From Cyanophora paradoxa CCMP329 (Eukaryota > Plantae > Glaucophyta): 64,000 nucleotides of DNA. The number at the start of each line of letters is the position of its first letter. Positions within the stretch are counted from its first letter, which is position 1. Position numbers and translations under genes: made by a program. Below the pieces are notes generated by a model. It saw only the letters and a program-made list of their open reading frames with translations. It made no database searches and was not told the DNA's origin. Shown here piece by piece: positions 30,919 to 44,303 of the stretch. The stretch covers positions 1 through 64,000 of the forward strand of contig QPMI01000136.1 in the NCBI GenBank assembly GCA_004431415.1, written 5' to 3'.

Positions 30919-32836
30919 ATGGCCGAGCTCCTCGGCGCCGGGCTGGGGCTCGAGCCGCGGCCCGTCGACCTGCTCGCCCTGCGCGCCATCGAGGCGGCAT
31001 TTCTCGGGCTGGGCCACGGGCCCCCGCGCGTCGCCGAGGTGGCCTCCCGGGCAATGGCGCTGGAGCGGCGGGTCACGCTCAACTGCAACGCTCCCGGCGG
31101 CGGCGAGATCGACGAGCGCTTCATCCGCGAGCACAAGCGCGCCAAGGCTCGCCGCCGCTGCGATCTCCCGCCCGCGCGCGCGGCGGGCCGGTGATCTCAC
31201 GTACCCTCTCGCGCCCGGCCCGCGCAGGGGAAGCTCGGTCCCTTTGTGAAGCCCCTCCCTCCGGGCTGCCTGCCGTCGGAGGAGCCGCTGCACGACTTTG
31301 TACCGGACCGCCGCACGCAGGCGTGCATCTCGCTCGGCGGCGAGATCGTGGCCGTCCACCTGGCCCGGCTCTTCAAGCAGGGGCACGGCATCGAGCGGGT
31401 CGCCGCCGCCATCGCGTGCGGCTCGGTGGCGTTTCCGTTTGCCACGCGCTCGAGCATCCGAAGGGACGCCGTTCTGGTGCGGCTCCCGGCCCCGCCGGGT
31501 CCCCGCTCTCCCCCTGGCGCCGGGCCCGCCGAGCCAACGGGGGCTCCCGCGGGGCCGGGCCGACCCGCAGGACGAGCTGCTCCTGACGTCGGCGCGCGAG
31601 GCGGCCGAGGCGGCGCTGCGGACGGGGACCCTCGACGTCATGCACGAGAAGCTGGCGGTCATCGAGGGGTACCTGAAAGCGCGCTCCAGGCCGAGCGCGG
31701 GCAGGCCCACGGCGAGGACGAGAGCGGGCGCGTCCCGAGCGGCGCCGAGCCCGCCCTCGACCGGCCCGCGCCAGCGGCGAGTCGCGACCGGGTTTCAGCG
31801 CCTGCAGGGAGCGCCCACCGTAAAGCCGGTACCCCGCTTCCCTCCCACCCCCCCCCCTACCCCGCCCCCCTCCGCGCGCCGGTGAGGCTCCTCCCGCGAG
31901 CAGGTACGCCTGAACCTGCAGTTTGGGGCGGATCCCCACGCGAACAGGTGGCTGCACCTGTTCAACTACTACCTCGCCGGCGTGCTCGAGTACCTCTTCC
32001 TGGCCCTCTGCGTCGCGAACCTGGGGGCGGCCTGCAGCATGGCGGAGATCGCCTTTAACCTGTTTGAGAGGCAGCCGTACAGCTACGGTCCGCCCTCTCG
32101 CATCCCCCCGCCCTCCCCCCCTCGCCGCGGTAGAGTCCCCAGCCTGATCATGGTGGGGCCCGGGGGCGCGCGCGCAGGATTCTGGGCGCTCCAGTGGATG
32201 AACGAGCCGGACAGGTGAGCGTGCCGGCCCGTGCCATGCGGCGCGGCTCCGCGACGTCACGGCGTGGCTCATGCCCCCCCAACGATCCGCTCCCCAGGCC
32301 GGCGTCGGCGCACCGCGACTGCAACGACGCGCGCGAGGCCTACGCCGCCCTCGTCTACTTTCACCCCGACGGCAACGCAAAGCGGCCGCTGCACCGCCTC
32401 CGCTTCCCCGCGCTCGGCATCGCCCTCGACCTGCGCCACGGAGACGTCGTCTTCATCCGGGTCCGCCGCTTCCGATCCGCCTCTTAGGCCCCGCCGGCTG
32501 CGGGCCCCGCCCCCCCGCGGCCGCTACGAGCACAACCGCACGCCCTCCCCCTCCCCAGCGCACCTAGCCTAACGGCGATGTTCAGGGGCACATCTTGGAG
32601 CACGGTGTCGTGGCCGACGGGGATACGGACGGAAGGTGCTCATCTGCAGGGCGCGGCGCCCCCTTAAGCCTTTTCGACGACGCGGCCGCTTCCTTCCAAA
32701 GTTCTTGCCCCTGCATTTCAGTGTTTTGCCTGACCCATCTTCTTGCCGCGCCACCAGGTACTGCATCGTGCTGACCCTCGGCAACAATCTCAAGGTGGAC
32801 GCCAAGGTGGTCCCCGTGCGGAATGCACGGATGTAG
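30919..32836 (+). CDS. Spliced gene, TET/JBP-like 2OG-Fe(II) dioxygenase
   Basis: AHRDCND (HxD), LRFPALGIALDLRHGDVVFI, YEHN (distal His) and final-strand (R)YCIVLTL. Exon structure inferred; start uncertain. Confidence 0.6.
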
Positions 32837-33590
32837 TCTCGGGAGCTAGACGCCGTCTCTTTGTGAGCGAGCGAGCAAGCTCCCAAATGTATTGATCATG
32901 ATAATAACGTTAACTTAGTACAAAGTAAGCCTGCTCCCGGGCTCGCTCGCAACCCGCTCCGGATCCGTTCCGTGCCGGCGCCGATATATAGCGGCGCCGG
33001 CGCCGTACGCATTCGCCTTGCGCGCGATTCGTATATCGCTAGGTTCGCATGCATATACATACGCACGTGCACCGAGCGCATTGCCAAGTTGGGCGTCGCC
33101 TAGGCCTGCTCAGATCTAGAGTGCTCCCGGCCCGCCACTCCACAGACCCAGCAGCGGGCCCGCGGCCGCGCAGAAATCGGCTCAGCGGCTCGGCGATATA
33201 AGATGTCAATCCTGCCGGCCGCAGTGCCGGGAGGTGCCGAGCCAGGGCCCGCTCTCTCGAAAACCGAGGCGCCGGCACGTACGCGTCTAGATCTGCATTC
33301 CGAGGCTCGAGCCACTGCATGCGTCCGACGCCGTGACGGCCAGCGCGTCGCCGAGTCGACGTCTGGCCACGGGTTGCACGGCCTCCCGCTGCTCACTCAG
33401 AGTCGACGTCCTGCACAAGCTGGCGCCAAGCTAGGACGATCACAAAAGGCAGACTTGACGAAGCCCGCCTGCGCATACCTTCGTGCTAGTACACCGGTAC
33501 TAGTACTGGAACGGCCATGCGGCCCATGCCATGAACAGCACTGAAGGAAGAGTCTGAACCACCAGAGAAGAGGCCGCTGAGAATCCGTTT

Positions 33591-33664
33591 GGTCGGATAG
33601 CTCAGTGGTTAAGGTGTTGAATATGGGAAGTTTGGGTACCGTGCTTCGGATCTACGCGAGACCA
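33591..33664 (+). pseudogene. Degenerate tRNA-like sequence (tRNA pseudogene or SINE head)
   Basis: 74 nt, GGTC...GACCA ends, A-box TAGCTCAGTGG, decayed T-arm CGTGCTTCGGATCTACG; anticodon arm does not pair well. Confidence 0.4.
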
Positions 33665-34534
33665 GTTTCCAGAGACGCGGGCCCGCAGCGCTCAACTGCC
33701 GGCAGTTGAGCGGAACTTGAGTGTCGGGCCCTGAGGACAGGATCACTGGTACCCCACTGGCAATCAATCGGCATGAAAAAACCAAACTGACAGTAAAAAA
33801 AACCGAGACCGAATTGCTGGAATCGGGAGTCGGGGCTCGGGAGCTGCGACTCCGGGACGCACTCATCACTCTGCAAACACACCAAAACTCGGCGCCCGAG
33901 TCCCCGAGTGGGCGAACCTCGGGCGCGCCGGCCTCGGGCGCGAGCCGCCGCGAGCCCGGCGGCCGCGCGACTCGGGAGCTCGAGCCCTCGGATCCGGAGG
34001 ACCGCGGCCCGCGGGTCGCGCGACGAGCTCGAGGTGGGGCGAGCTGGGGAAGCTCAACTGCTGGCAGTTGAGAGTGCCGAACATGCAGTACCCAGGTGCA
34101 CCCAGCCCCCCATCGAGATATATCATAGTATCGCCCCGCCGCCGCCGGCCGGCCGGCGAGCTAGAATTTATATTTGTTTATAATAATTTTTTAATGGCAT
34201 CTTAAAAACAATTCGAGACTCGGAGCTAATTATATAAAGAGTCGCCGTCCTCGCGATCGCGATCTCTTCCGGATTAAAAAATTTAAGAATGTTTCTGCGA
34301 CCAGGAATTCGAGTGTGCAAATCGTTTAACCGTACCCCTCCTCCCTGACCGCCAAGCGGCCGCCAGTCATCCAATACTAGTACTAGTGGGGTGGGTACTA
34401 GAACGTCGGAGGGGAGATCTAGATTTTAGCTATAGAGGGCCGGGGGGAGAGGGGAAGAGGGAGGGGGGGGCCGGGGGGGGGGAGGGGGGGGGGGGCCGGG
34501 GGTATATCTGCACTTTTGGAGTATTGCAATACTT

Positions 34535-34875
34535 GGTCGACAGAATCAGTCGATCGACAGAATCAGTCGATCGACTGATTCTGCGCCAGAATCGGTCGAC
34601 CGATTCTGTCGAATTTTATCGACTGACTCTGCGACAGAATCGGTCGACAAAATCAGTCGATCGACCAACTCTGTCGATCGACTGATTCTGCGCCAGAATC
34701 GGTCGACCGATTCTGTCGAATTTTATCGACTGACTCTGCGACAGAATCGGTCGACAAAATCAGTCGATCGACCAACTCTGTCGATCGACTGATTCTGCGC
34801 CAGAATCGGTCGACCGATTCTGTCGAATTTTATCGACAGACTCTGCGACAGAATCGGTCGACAAAATCTGTCGAT
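34535..34875. repeat. Subterminal 107-bp-period array of nested palindromes
   Basis: CAGAATCGGTCGACCGATTCTG at 34587, 34694 and 34801; also CAGAATCAGTCGATCGACTGATTCTG. Confidence 0.92.
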
Positions 34876-35402
34876 ACTTGATATATTAATATATATTGAT
34901 ATATCGCCAGGTTTGTCGATAAATTGATTAATATTCTTCATATTAAGATTAATGATTTGTATATTATCTTGTATAAATATTGAGCCAGTACTAGTGGAGG
35001 ATCTCCGGGGGATCCAGCTGCAGGTCGCATGCACAGGCATAGGTCAGCTACACTATAGCCTATATAGCTATATATAGGCCCTGACGGCCCATGACTAGCT
35101 ACAGGCGGGCCAGAACACATGTACATCTGGCATTGGCTTTTTGCATCTATATAAATTAGTTGATCTGCAGGCCACCTATTTTCACATATCGTGCGGGCCG
35201 CCTAATTCATGATCTGCATGCACACACCTATGCATACATGCTGTCACATCGCAAATATGATCCCTACTCTGGCCTAGCCCTGCCTAGTCCTGCAAATATA
35301 AACCCTACCCTGGCCCCGGATGCAGCCGCACGCACTCCAGCCCGACGCCGTCCGCTCGCGCGCGGCTTCAATAAGTCGTTCGTCCCTAGTTGCTAGGCAA
35401 CA

Positions 35403-38400
35403 AAGGGCGAGTCAGAAGCTGGAGGATAACGGGTGAAGCGATGCGGCCCGCACCAGGTCGTTCTGCACCTCGCCGCCCTCGCTGCGCCATGCGCATCGCG
35501 GTGAGCGAGAGCTTAAATCGAATGGAAAGAGGAAAAGGCCGGCACGCAGGCGGCTATGCACCTCGGCGAGGAGAGGAGGCAGAAGATCAGCTTGCGATCG
35601 CTCCGCGTCCGCTGATGGCGAGAGCGACGCGCTCGCTGCGCTTGGAGAGTCAATCGAAAGAAAAGAAGCGTCCGCGCCGACGAACGACCGCACCTCGGCC
35701 CGAGCGGCCGAAAGCATGATCTCCGAGGCGCCCGGCAGCCCGCGACCGCGACCGCGAGGGCGAGGGCGAGGGCGAAGAGCTCGCTGCGCTCGGATCGAAA
35801 GAGAAGAAATATGCGCGACAGCAAACGACCGCACCTGCGCCCGAGCGGCCGCAAGCATGAACTCCGAGGCCGATCCCAGCAGCCACGGGCCACACGTCCG
35901 GAAAGCGGCACGCACTGCGCTGCGCACGCCGCCGGCGTTACAACAAGATCAAAGGGCGAGCAGTGGAGACAAGAGCGAGCACCTGGCCTGCGGAAGAAGG
36001 CGCCGGGCGAACTGGGCGGTGGTGTTCTGCTCGCGGGGACCAGTCACGCCCGCTCCCTGGCCCGCCAGCGAAATGAGGGATTGAATCAAAGGAGAGGAAA
36101 CGAAAAGCACCTTGCTTCGCCTCCGCAGCCGCCGCCTACGTTCCGCGCGTGCCTGTCAGCGGCAGAACGCCCACTGGCGACAGCCGCGGGAGGAATGGAC
36201 AAAAAAGGCAACAAGGAGGTCGACAGCGATGCGTTCGCGAGCGTTCGCGGCCGCAACCGGGCGCCAGCCACCCTGAAGCAGCGCTCTGCGTTTGAAATCA
36301 GGCGGGCGACAGGCGGCGAGAGGCGCCAGAGGATGCAAGAGAGGACCTTCGAGCATCGTTCGCGCTGGAAGCCGACGAAGTTCGCTGCGGCGGCAGCAAG
36401 TCCGTTCGACCTGGTTTGAAAAGCGGAATCAGAGACGCGGGCAGCGCTGCGAGACCCCGGAGGAGCCAACGAACCGAGCCGCTGTGAGAGTGAAGCGCGT
36501 CCGCGCGGCAGCCTTCAGTCGAGGCTGCAGCTGCTGGCAGCAAGGCACATGAAGGCGCTTCAAGGCAGCAAGTTTGGGGTACACGACTGTTGGGAAAAGC
36601 CTTATGAGGCCCACAGCGGCAGGGCCGCCGCGGCAGCCGCGCCGTAGTATAGCTTTCCGAAGCCGCCTGAAGCGATTGCCAACGGCTCGACCTGGCCCTC
36701 GGTCCGGAGCGCCTCCCGCTGCGGCACCTTCGCGCGTGCTCGCAGCACGCAGCGCGAGGCAGCTACAAGCACGTGAGCTTGTAATCATGGGTCCAGCTCC
36801 CCCCGTAGCGTCGTCCCTGCGCCGCGCCGATCCACAGCTAGATCGACGTCGACCAGCCTGGCAGCTGCAGGCCCGCAACCCCGCGCTGGGTGACTTCGCC
36901 GTGCTGGCCGGGCTCTTAAGCTTTGCGTGGCTTTCAGCTCACTTCAGCAGTATCTCTACCAGACAGCCCCGCGGTCGATTTGGAGGGTTGAGGTGCACAC
37001 CGGCCGGCGGAGCTCTCTCACATGTTTCGGTTCATAGCGCGTCCCTCTAAGATGCTCACGCAGTGCCTCTGACTCTGGACTGGCCGGGCGCTGCGTGAGC
37101 GCGCGGACCGACGCAACCTCCCGATCGGCGGTCGCCTCGGGTGCGCCTACCAAGCACAGCATTTGGCCAGCGACGCGCGAGCGCGTAGCTGACGAGGCCC
37201 AGATCGCCAGGATGGGTGAGCCGCCTCGGATCGTCGCAGTTTGGGAGACATTCTTCTACACTGCCTAGGTGAACCGGCTGGGCCCGTGCGCGTCGCTGAC
37301 AGGACGCGTACGCGTCGCTGACGGGGCGCGCCGGTAACACAGGATACCGGAAGACGCCGCGTGAAGCCCAGGGGCTGGGGTGCGGCGGGTGGCGACGCCG
37401 CTCGCGGGGCGGGGCGGATCCGGAGGCGCGGCAGGCGGCCGCGTGAATTCCAGGATAGGGCGGAGGCGCTTCCTGCGGCGCTGCAGCTCGCGGAGGCGGG
37501 CGGGCGGCCGGAGGCGCGGCGCGTGGCGGCGCGGCTCGCCGGGCGGGCAGAGGCGCGGCGGGCGGCCGCACGGCTCGCCAGGCGGGCCGGGGCGCGGCGG
37601 GTGGCGTCGGCGGCTCGCCGGGCGGGGCGGAGGCGCGGCAGGCGGCGGAGGCAGCTTGCCGGGCCGGGCGGAGGCGCGGCGGGCGGCCGCGAGGCTCCGC
37701 TGGGCGGGGCGGAGGCGCGGCGGGCGGCGGCGAGGCTCGCCAGGTGGGCCGGGGGCGCGGCGGGCGGCGGCGCGGCTCGCGGAGCGGGATGGATCCTCGC
37801 GGGCGGCGGCGAGGCTCGCCGGGCGGGGCAGACGCTCGGCGGGCGGCCGCGCGCCTCGCGGGCCGGGGCGGAGGCGCGGCGGGCGGCGGCGCGCCTCGCT
37901 GGGCGGGGCGGAGGCGCGGCGGGCGGCGGCGGCGGCTCGCGGGGCGGGATGGAGGCGCAGCAAGCGGCGTCGGCGGCTCGCCGGGCGGGGCGGAGGCGCG
38001 GCAGGCGGCGGAGGCAGCTCGCCGGGCCGGGCGGAGGCGCAGCGGGCGGCCGCGAGGCTCCGCTGGGCGGGGCGGAGGCGCGGCGGGCGGCGGAGGCGGC
38101 TCGCCGGGCGGGGCCGAGGCGCGGCGGGCGGCGGAGGCGGCTCGCGGACCGGGGCAGACGCTCGGCGGGCGGCCGCGCGGCTCGCCAGGCGGGCCGGGGG
38201 CGCGGCGGGCGGCGGCGCGGCTCGCCGGGCGGGCCGGGGGCGCGGAGGGCGGCGGCGCGGCTCGCCGGGCGAGACTGTGGCGCGGCGGGCGGCGGCGAGG
38301 CTCGCCAGGTGGGCCGGGGGCGCGGCGGGCGGCGGCGCGGCTCGCGAGGCGTGACGGAGGCGCGGCAGGAGGCGGAGGCAGCTCGCCGGGCCAGGCGGAG

Positions 38401-38650
38401 GCGCGGCGGGCGGCCGCGAGGCTCCGCTGGGCGGGGCGGAGGCGCGGCGGGCGGCCGCAAGGCTCGGCTGGGCGGGGCGGAGGCGCGGCGGGCGGCGGCG
38501 GCGGCTCGCGGGGCGGGACGGAGGCGCGGCGGGCGGCCGTGCGGCTCGCAAGGCGGGCCGGGGGCGCAGCAAGCGGCGTCGGCAGCTCCGAGGCTCGCCG
38601 GGCGGGGCGGAGGCGCGGCTCTCCGGGCGGGGCAGAGGTGCGGCGGGCGG
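35403..38650. repeat. Left arm of large inverted duplication (GC-rich minisatellite from ~37420)
   Basis: Reverse complement of ~41400-44303; ORF-track peptides recur on the opposite strand. Confidence 0.92.
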
Positions 38651-38662
38651 GCCCTAGGCTCT

Positions 38663-41330
38663 CAGTGCTGGATTTGATTTTGAGGTCGGCGCAGGCCGCA
38701 AGCTAGCTCGTAGCGTGCCGTGCATTATTTTGCAGGGCAAGTCGCCATTATTTTTGGCGGGCATTTTGAGGCCTTCCCGCGCGCCAGGAAATGCGAATAG
38801 AAGCCCGGCAGCCGGTAATCACGTTGAGGCCCTATCTAACACGCTATCAAATGACTCGTATCCGTTGGCATCTGAGCTGGAAAGGCACGGGCGGACTCGG
38901 AATCGGCTCTCAAAATTGATCTCGGGAGAAACCCTATAAGGGAGTCGTTCTTCCCCGCCTCAATGCCCGGGAGCCCTGAGCTTCTCGTCAAATACTCTAC
39001 AGATACACAGTGGGGCGCTGATATCATCTCCGGGTGCTTACATGTGCCAGGAACCCAGTATTCTTTTAATGGCAGCTAGAGACTCATGATCATGATCATG
39101 TGCAAAGAAGTGCGAAGTCGCCGCGCTGAGCATATGAGAACGGACGAGCTGACGAGAACTTCAGATTCGGATTCCCCATCCTCGAAATGGGCGGGGTGCA
39201 AATGTGGAGTCAGTCGCGGACCAAGATGACGGAGCGGCGTCAGGTCAAGCGAGCTCTCCGAGACTGTCAACTTGCCCCGAAGAGGCCTCGAGGACAGAAA
39301 TCACCAAGGATAGCATCTTATCTGACAAGTTACATCCGGGCGATGAGACGCTTTTGGGGGTTCTTGACAGTGCTGGATTTGATTTTGAGGTCGGCGCAGG
39401 CCGCAAGCTAGCTCGTAGCGTGCCGTGCATTATTTTGCAGGGCAAGTCGCCATTATTTTTGGCGGGCATTTTGAGGCCTTCCCGCGCGCCAGGAAATGCG
39501 AATAGAAGCCCGGCAGCCGGTAATCACGTTGAGGCCCTATCTAACACGCTATCAAATGACTCGTATCCGTTGGCATCTGAGCTGGAAAGGCACGGGCGGA
39601 CTCGGAATCGGCTCTCAAAATTGATCTCGGGAGAAACCCTATAAGGGAGTCGTTCTTCCCCGCCTCAATGCCCGGGAGCCCTGAGCTTCTCGTCAAATAC
39701 TCTACAGATACACAGTGGGGCGCTGATATCATCTCCGGGTGCTTACATGTGACAGGAACCCAGTATTCTTTTAATGGCAGCTAGAGACTCATGATCATGA
39801 TCATGTGCAAACAAGTGCGAAGTCGCCGCGCTGAGCATATGAGAACGGACGAGCTGACGAGAACTTCAGATTCGGATTCCCCATCCTCGAAATGGGCGGG
39901 GTGCAAATGTGGAGTCAGTCGCGGACTCCGGGACCAAGATGACGGAGCGGCGTCAGGTCAAGCGAGCTCTCCGAGACTGTCAACTTGCCCCGAAGAGGCC
40001 TCGAGGACAGAAATCACCTAGGATAGCATCTTATCTGACAAGTTACATCCGGGCGATGAGACGCTTTTGGGGGTTCTTGACAGTGCTGGATTTGATTTTG
40101 AGGTCGGCGCAGGCCGCAAGCTAGCTCGTAGCGTGCCGTGCATTATTTTGCAGGGCAAGTCGCCATTATTTTTGGCGGGCATTTTGAGGCCTTCCGCGCG
40201 CCAGGAAATGCGAATAGAAGCCCGGCAGCCGGTAATCACGTTGAGGCCCTATCTAACACGCTATCAAATGACTCGTATCCGTTGGCATCTGAGCTGGAAA
40301 GGCACGGGCGGACTCGGAATCGGCTCTCAAAATTGATCTCGGGAGAAACCCTATAAGGGAGTCGTTCTTCCCCGCCTCAATGCCCGGGAGCCCTGAGCTT
40401 CTCGTCAAATACTCTACAGATACACAGTGGGGCGCTGATATCATCTCCGGGTGCTTACATGTGACAGGAACCCAGTATTCTTTTAATGGCAGCTAGAGAC
40501 TCATGATCATGATCATGTGCAAACAAGTGCGAAGTCGCCGCGCTGAGCATATGAGAACGGACGAGCTGACGAGAACTTCAGATTCGGATTCCCCATCCTC
40601 GAAATGGGCGGGGTGCAAATGTGGAGTCAGTCGCGGACTCCGGGACCAAGATGACGGAGCGGCGTCAGGTCAAGCGAGCTCTCCGAGACTGTCAACTTGC
40701 CCCGAAGAGGCCTCGAGGACAGAAATCACCTAGGATAGCATCTTATCTGACAAGTTACATCCGGGCGATGAGACGCTTTTGGGGGTTCTTGACAGTGCTG
40801 GATTTGATTTTGAGGTCGGCGCAGGCCGCAAGCTAGCTCGTAGCGTGCCGTGCATTATTTTGCAGGGCAAGTCGCCATTATTTTTGGCGGGCATTTTGAG
40901 GCCTTCCCGCGCGCCAGGAAATGCGAATAGAAGCCCGGCAGCCGGTAATCACGTTGAGGCCCTATCTAACACGCTATCAAATGACTCGTATCCGTTGGCA
41001 TCTGAGCTGGAAAGGCACGGGCGGACTCGGAATCGGCTCTCAAAATTGATCTCGGGAGAAACCCTATAAGGGAGTCGTTCTTCCCCGCCTCAATGCCCGG
41101 GAGCCCTGAGCTTCTCGTCAAATACTCTACAGATACACAGTGGGGCGCTGATATCATCTCCGGGTGCTTACATGTGCCAGGAACCCAGTATTCTTTTAAT
41201 GGCAGCTAGAGACTCATGATCATGATCATGTGCAAAGAAGTGCGAAGTCGCCGCGCTGAGCATATGAGAACGGACGAGCTGACGAGAACTTCAGATTCGG
41301 ATTCCCCACCCTCGAAATGGGCGGGGTGCA
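38663..41330. repeat. Tandem array, ~3.75 copies of a 705-713-bp unit
   Basis: CAGTGCTGGATTTGATTTTGAGG at 38663, 39368, 40081 and 40793; near-identical copies. Confidence 0.96.
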
Positions 41331-41399
41331 TATCCGATGATCTACGCAAGAGTACTACGGTACAGAGCGAGCATCTGCAGGCTTCCCCACGAGCCTCCG

Positions 41400-44303
41400 C
41401 CGCGCCACTCCTCCGCCCTGCCCCACGAGCCGCGCAGCCGGCCGCCGCGCCTGCGCACCGCCGCCCGCCGCCCCTCTCCCCGCCCGGCGAGTCGCGCCGC
41501 AGCGCGCCGCGCCTCCGGCCGCCCAGCGAGCCGCGCGCCGCCCGCCCGCCTCCGCCCGGCCCGGCGAGCTGCCTCCGCCGCCTGCCGCGCCTCGGCCCCG
41601 CCCGGCGAGCCGCCGACGCCGCCCGCCGCGCCTCCGCCCCGCCCAGCGGAGCCTCGCGGCCGCCCGCTGCGCCTCTGCCCGGCCCGGCGAGCTGCCTCCG
41701 CCGCCTGCCGCGCCTCCGCCCCGCCCGGCGAGCCGCCGACGCCGCTTGCTGCGCCTCCATCCCGCCCCGCGAGCCGCCGCCGCCGCCCGCCACGCCTCCG
41801 CCCCGCCCAGCGAGGCGCGCCGCCGCCGCCGCGCCTCCGCCCCGGCCCGCGAGGCGCGCGGCCGCCCGCCGAGCGTCTGCCCCGCCCGGCGAGCCTCGCC
41901 GCCGCCCGCCGAGCGTCTGCCCCGGTCCGCGAGCCGCGCCGCCGCCCGCCGCGCCCCGGCCCACCTGGCGAGCCTCGCCGCCGCCCGCCGCGCCTCCGCC
42001 CCGCCCAGCGGAGCCTCGCGGCCGCCCGCCGCGCCTCCGCCCGGCCCGGCAAGCTGCCTCCGCCGCCTGCCGCGCCTCCGCCCGCCCGGCGAGCCGCCGA
42101 CGCCACCCGCCGCGCCCCCGGCCCGCCTGGCGAGCCGTGCGGCCGCCCGCCGCGCCTCTGCCCCGCCCGGCGAGCCGCGCCGCCACGCGCCGCGCCTCCG
42201 GCCGCCCGCCCGCCTCCGCGAGCTGCAGCGCCGCAGGAAGCGCCTCCGCCCTATCCTGGAATTCACGCGGCCGCCTGCCGCGCCTCCGGATCCGCCCCGC
42301 CCCGCGAGCGGCGTCGCCACCCGCCGCACCCCAGCCCCTGGGCTTCACGCGGCGTCTTCCGGTATCCTGTGTTACCGGCGCGCCCCGTCAGCGACGCGTA
42401 CGCGTCCTGTCAGCGACGCGCACGGGCCCAGCCGGTTCACCTAGGCAGTGTAGAAGAATGTCTCCCAAACTGCGACGATCCGAGGCGGCTCACCCATCCT
42501 GGCGATCTGGGCCTCGTCAGCTACGCGCTCGCGCGTCGCTGGCCAAATGCTGTGCTTGGTAGGCGCACCCGAGGCGACCGCCGATCGGGAGGTTGCGTCG
42601 GTCCGCGCGCTCACGCAGCGCCCGGCCAGTCCAGAGTCAGAGGCACTGCGTGAGCATCTTAGAGGGACGCGCTATGAACCGAAACATGTGAGAGAGCTCC
42701 GCCGGCCGGTGTGCACCTCAACCCTCCAAATCGACCGCGGGGCTGTCTGGTAGAGATACTGCGGATGTAAGTGAGCTGAAAGCCACGCAAAGCTTAAGAG
42801 CCCGGCCAGCACGGCGAAGTCACCCAGCGCGGGGTTGCGGGCCTGCAGCTGGTCGACGTCGATCTAGCTGTGGATCGGCGCGGCGCAGGGACGACGCTAC
42901 GGGGGGAGCTGGACCCATGATTACAAGCTCACGTGCTTGTAGCTGCCTCGCGCTGCGTGCTGCGAGCACGCGCGAAGGTGCCGCAGCGGGAGGCGCTCCG
43001 GACCGAGGGCCAGGTCGAGCCGTTGGCAATCGCTTCAGGCGGCTTCGGAAAGCTATACTACGGCGCGGCTGCCGCGGCGGCCCTGCCGCTGTGGGCCTCA
43101 TAAGGCTTTTCCCAACAGTCGTGTACCCCAAACTTGCTGCCTTGAAGCGCCTTCATGTGCCTTGCTGCCAGCAGCTGCAGCCTCGACTGAAGGCTGCCGC
43201 GCGGACGCGCTTCACTCTCACAGCGGCTCGGTTCGTTGGCTCCTCCGGGGTCTCGCAGCGCTGCCCGCGTCTCTGATTCCGCTTTTCAAACCAGGTCGAA
43301 CGGACTTGCTGCCGCCGCAGCGAACTTCGTCGGCTTCCAGCGCGAACGATGCTCGAAGGTCCTCTCTTGCATCCTCTGGCGCCTCTCGCCGCCTGTCGCC
43401 CGCCTGATTTCAAACGCAGAGCGCTGCTTCAGGGTGGCTGGCGCCCGGTTGCGGCCGCGAACGCTCGCGAACGCATCGCTGTCGACCTCCTTGTTGCCTT
43501 TTTTGTCCATTCCTCCCGCGGCTGTCGCCAGTGGGCGTTCTGCCGCTGACAGGCACGCGCGGAACGTAGGCGGCGGCTGCGGAGGCGAAGCAAGGTGCTT
43601 TTCGTTTCCTCTCCTTTGATTCAATCCCTCATTTCGCTGGCGGGCCAGGGAGCGGGCGTGACTGGTCCCCGCGAGCAGAACACCACCGCCCAGTTCGCCC
43701 GGCGCCTTCTTCCGCAGGCCAGGTGCTCGCTCTTGTCTCCACTGCTCGCCCTTTGATCTTGTTGTAACGCCGGCGGCGTGCGCAGCGCAGCGCGTGCCGC
43801 TTTCCGGACGTGTGGCCCGGTGGCTGCTGGGATCGGCCTCGGAGTTCACGCTTGCGGCCGCTCGGGCGCAGGTGCGGTCGTTTGCTGTTGCGCATATTTC
43901 TTCTCTTTCGATCCGAGCGCAGCGAGCTCTTCGCCCTCGCCCTCGCCCTCGCGGTCGCGGTCGCGGGCTGCCGGGCGCCTCGGAGATCATGCTTTCGGCC
44001 GCTCGGGCCGAGGTGCGGTCGTTCGTCGGCGCGGACGCTTCTTTTCTTTCGATTGACTCTCCAAGCGCAGCGAGCGCGTCGCTCTCGCCATCAGCGGACG
44101 CGGAGCGATCGCAAGCTGATCTTCTGCCTCCTCTCCTCGCCGAGGTGCATAGCCGCCTGCGTGCCGGCCTTTTCCTCTTTCCATTCGATTTAAGCTCTCG
44201 CTCACCGCGATGCGCATGGCGCAGCGAGGGCGGCGAGGTGCAGAACGACCTGGTGCGGGCCGCATCGCTTCACCCGTTATCCTCCGGCTTATGACTCGCC
44301 CTT
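41400..44303. repeat. Right arm of large inverted duplication
   Basis: Ends ...GACTCGCCCTT (44303), complementary to AAGGGCGAGTC (35403). Confidence 0.92.

Noticed and set aside
34535-34875. Palindromic repeats resembling a CRISPR array
   Set aside because: The intervening sequences are themselves repeated (no unique spacers), there are no cas genes, and the context is eukaryotic.
37056-38706. Long Arg/Ala/Pro/Gly-rich ORFs in all frames (also 41206-42653 and 46689-48600)
   Set aside because: They arise from stop-free GC-rich minisatellites, appear on both strands and have no domain signal.
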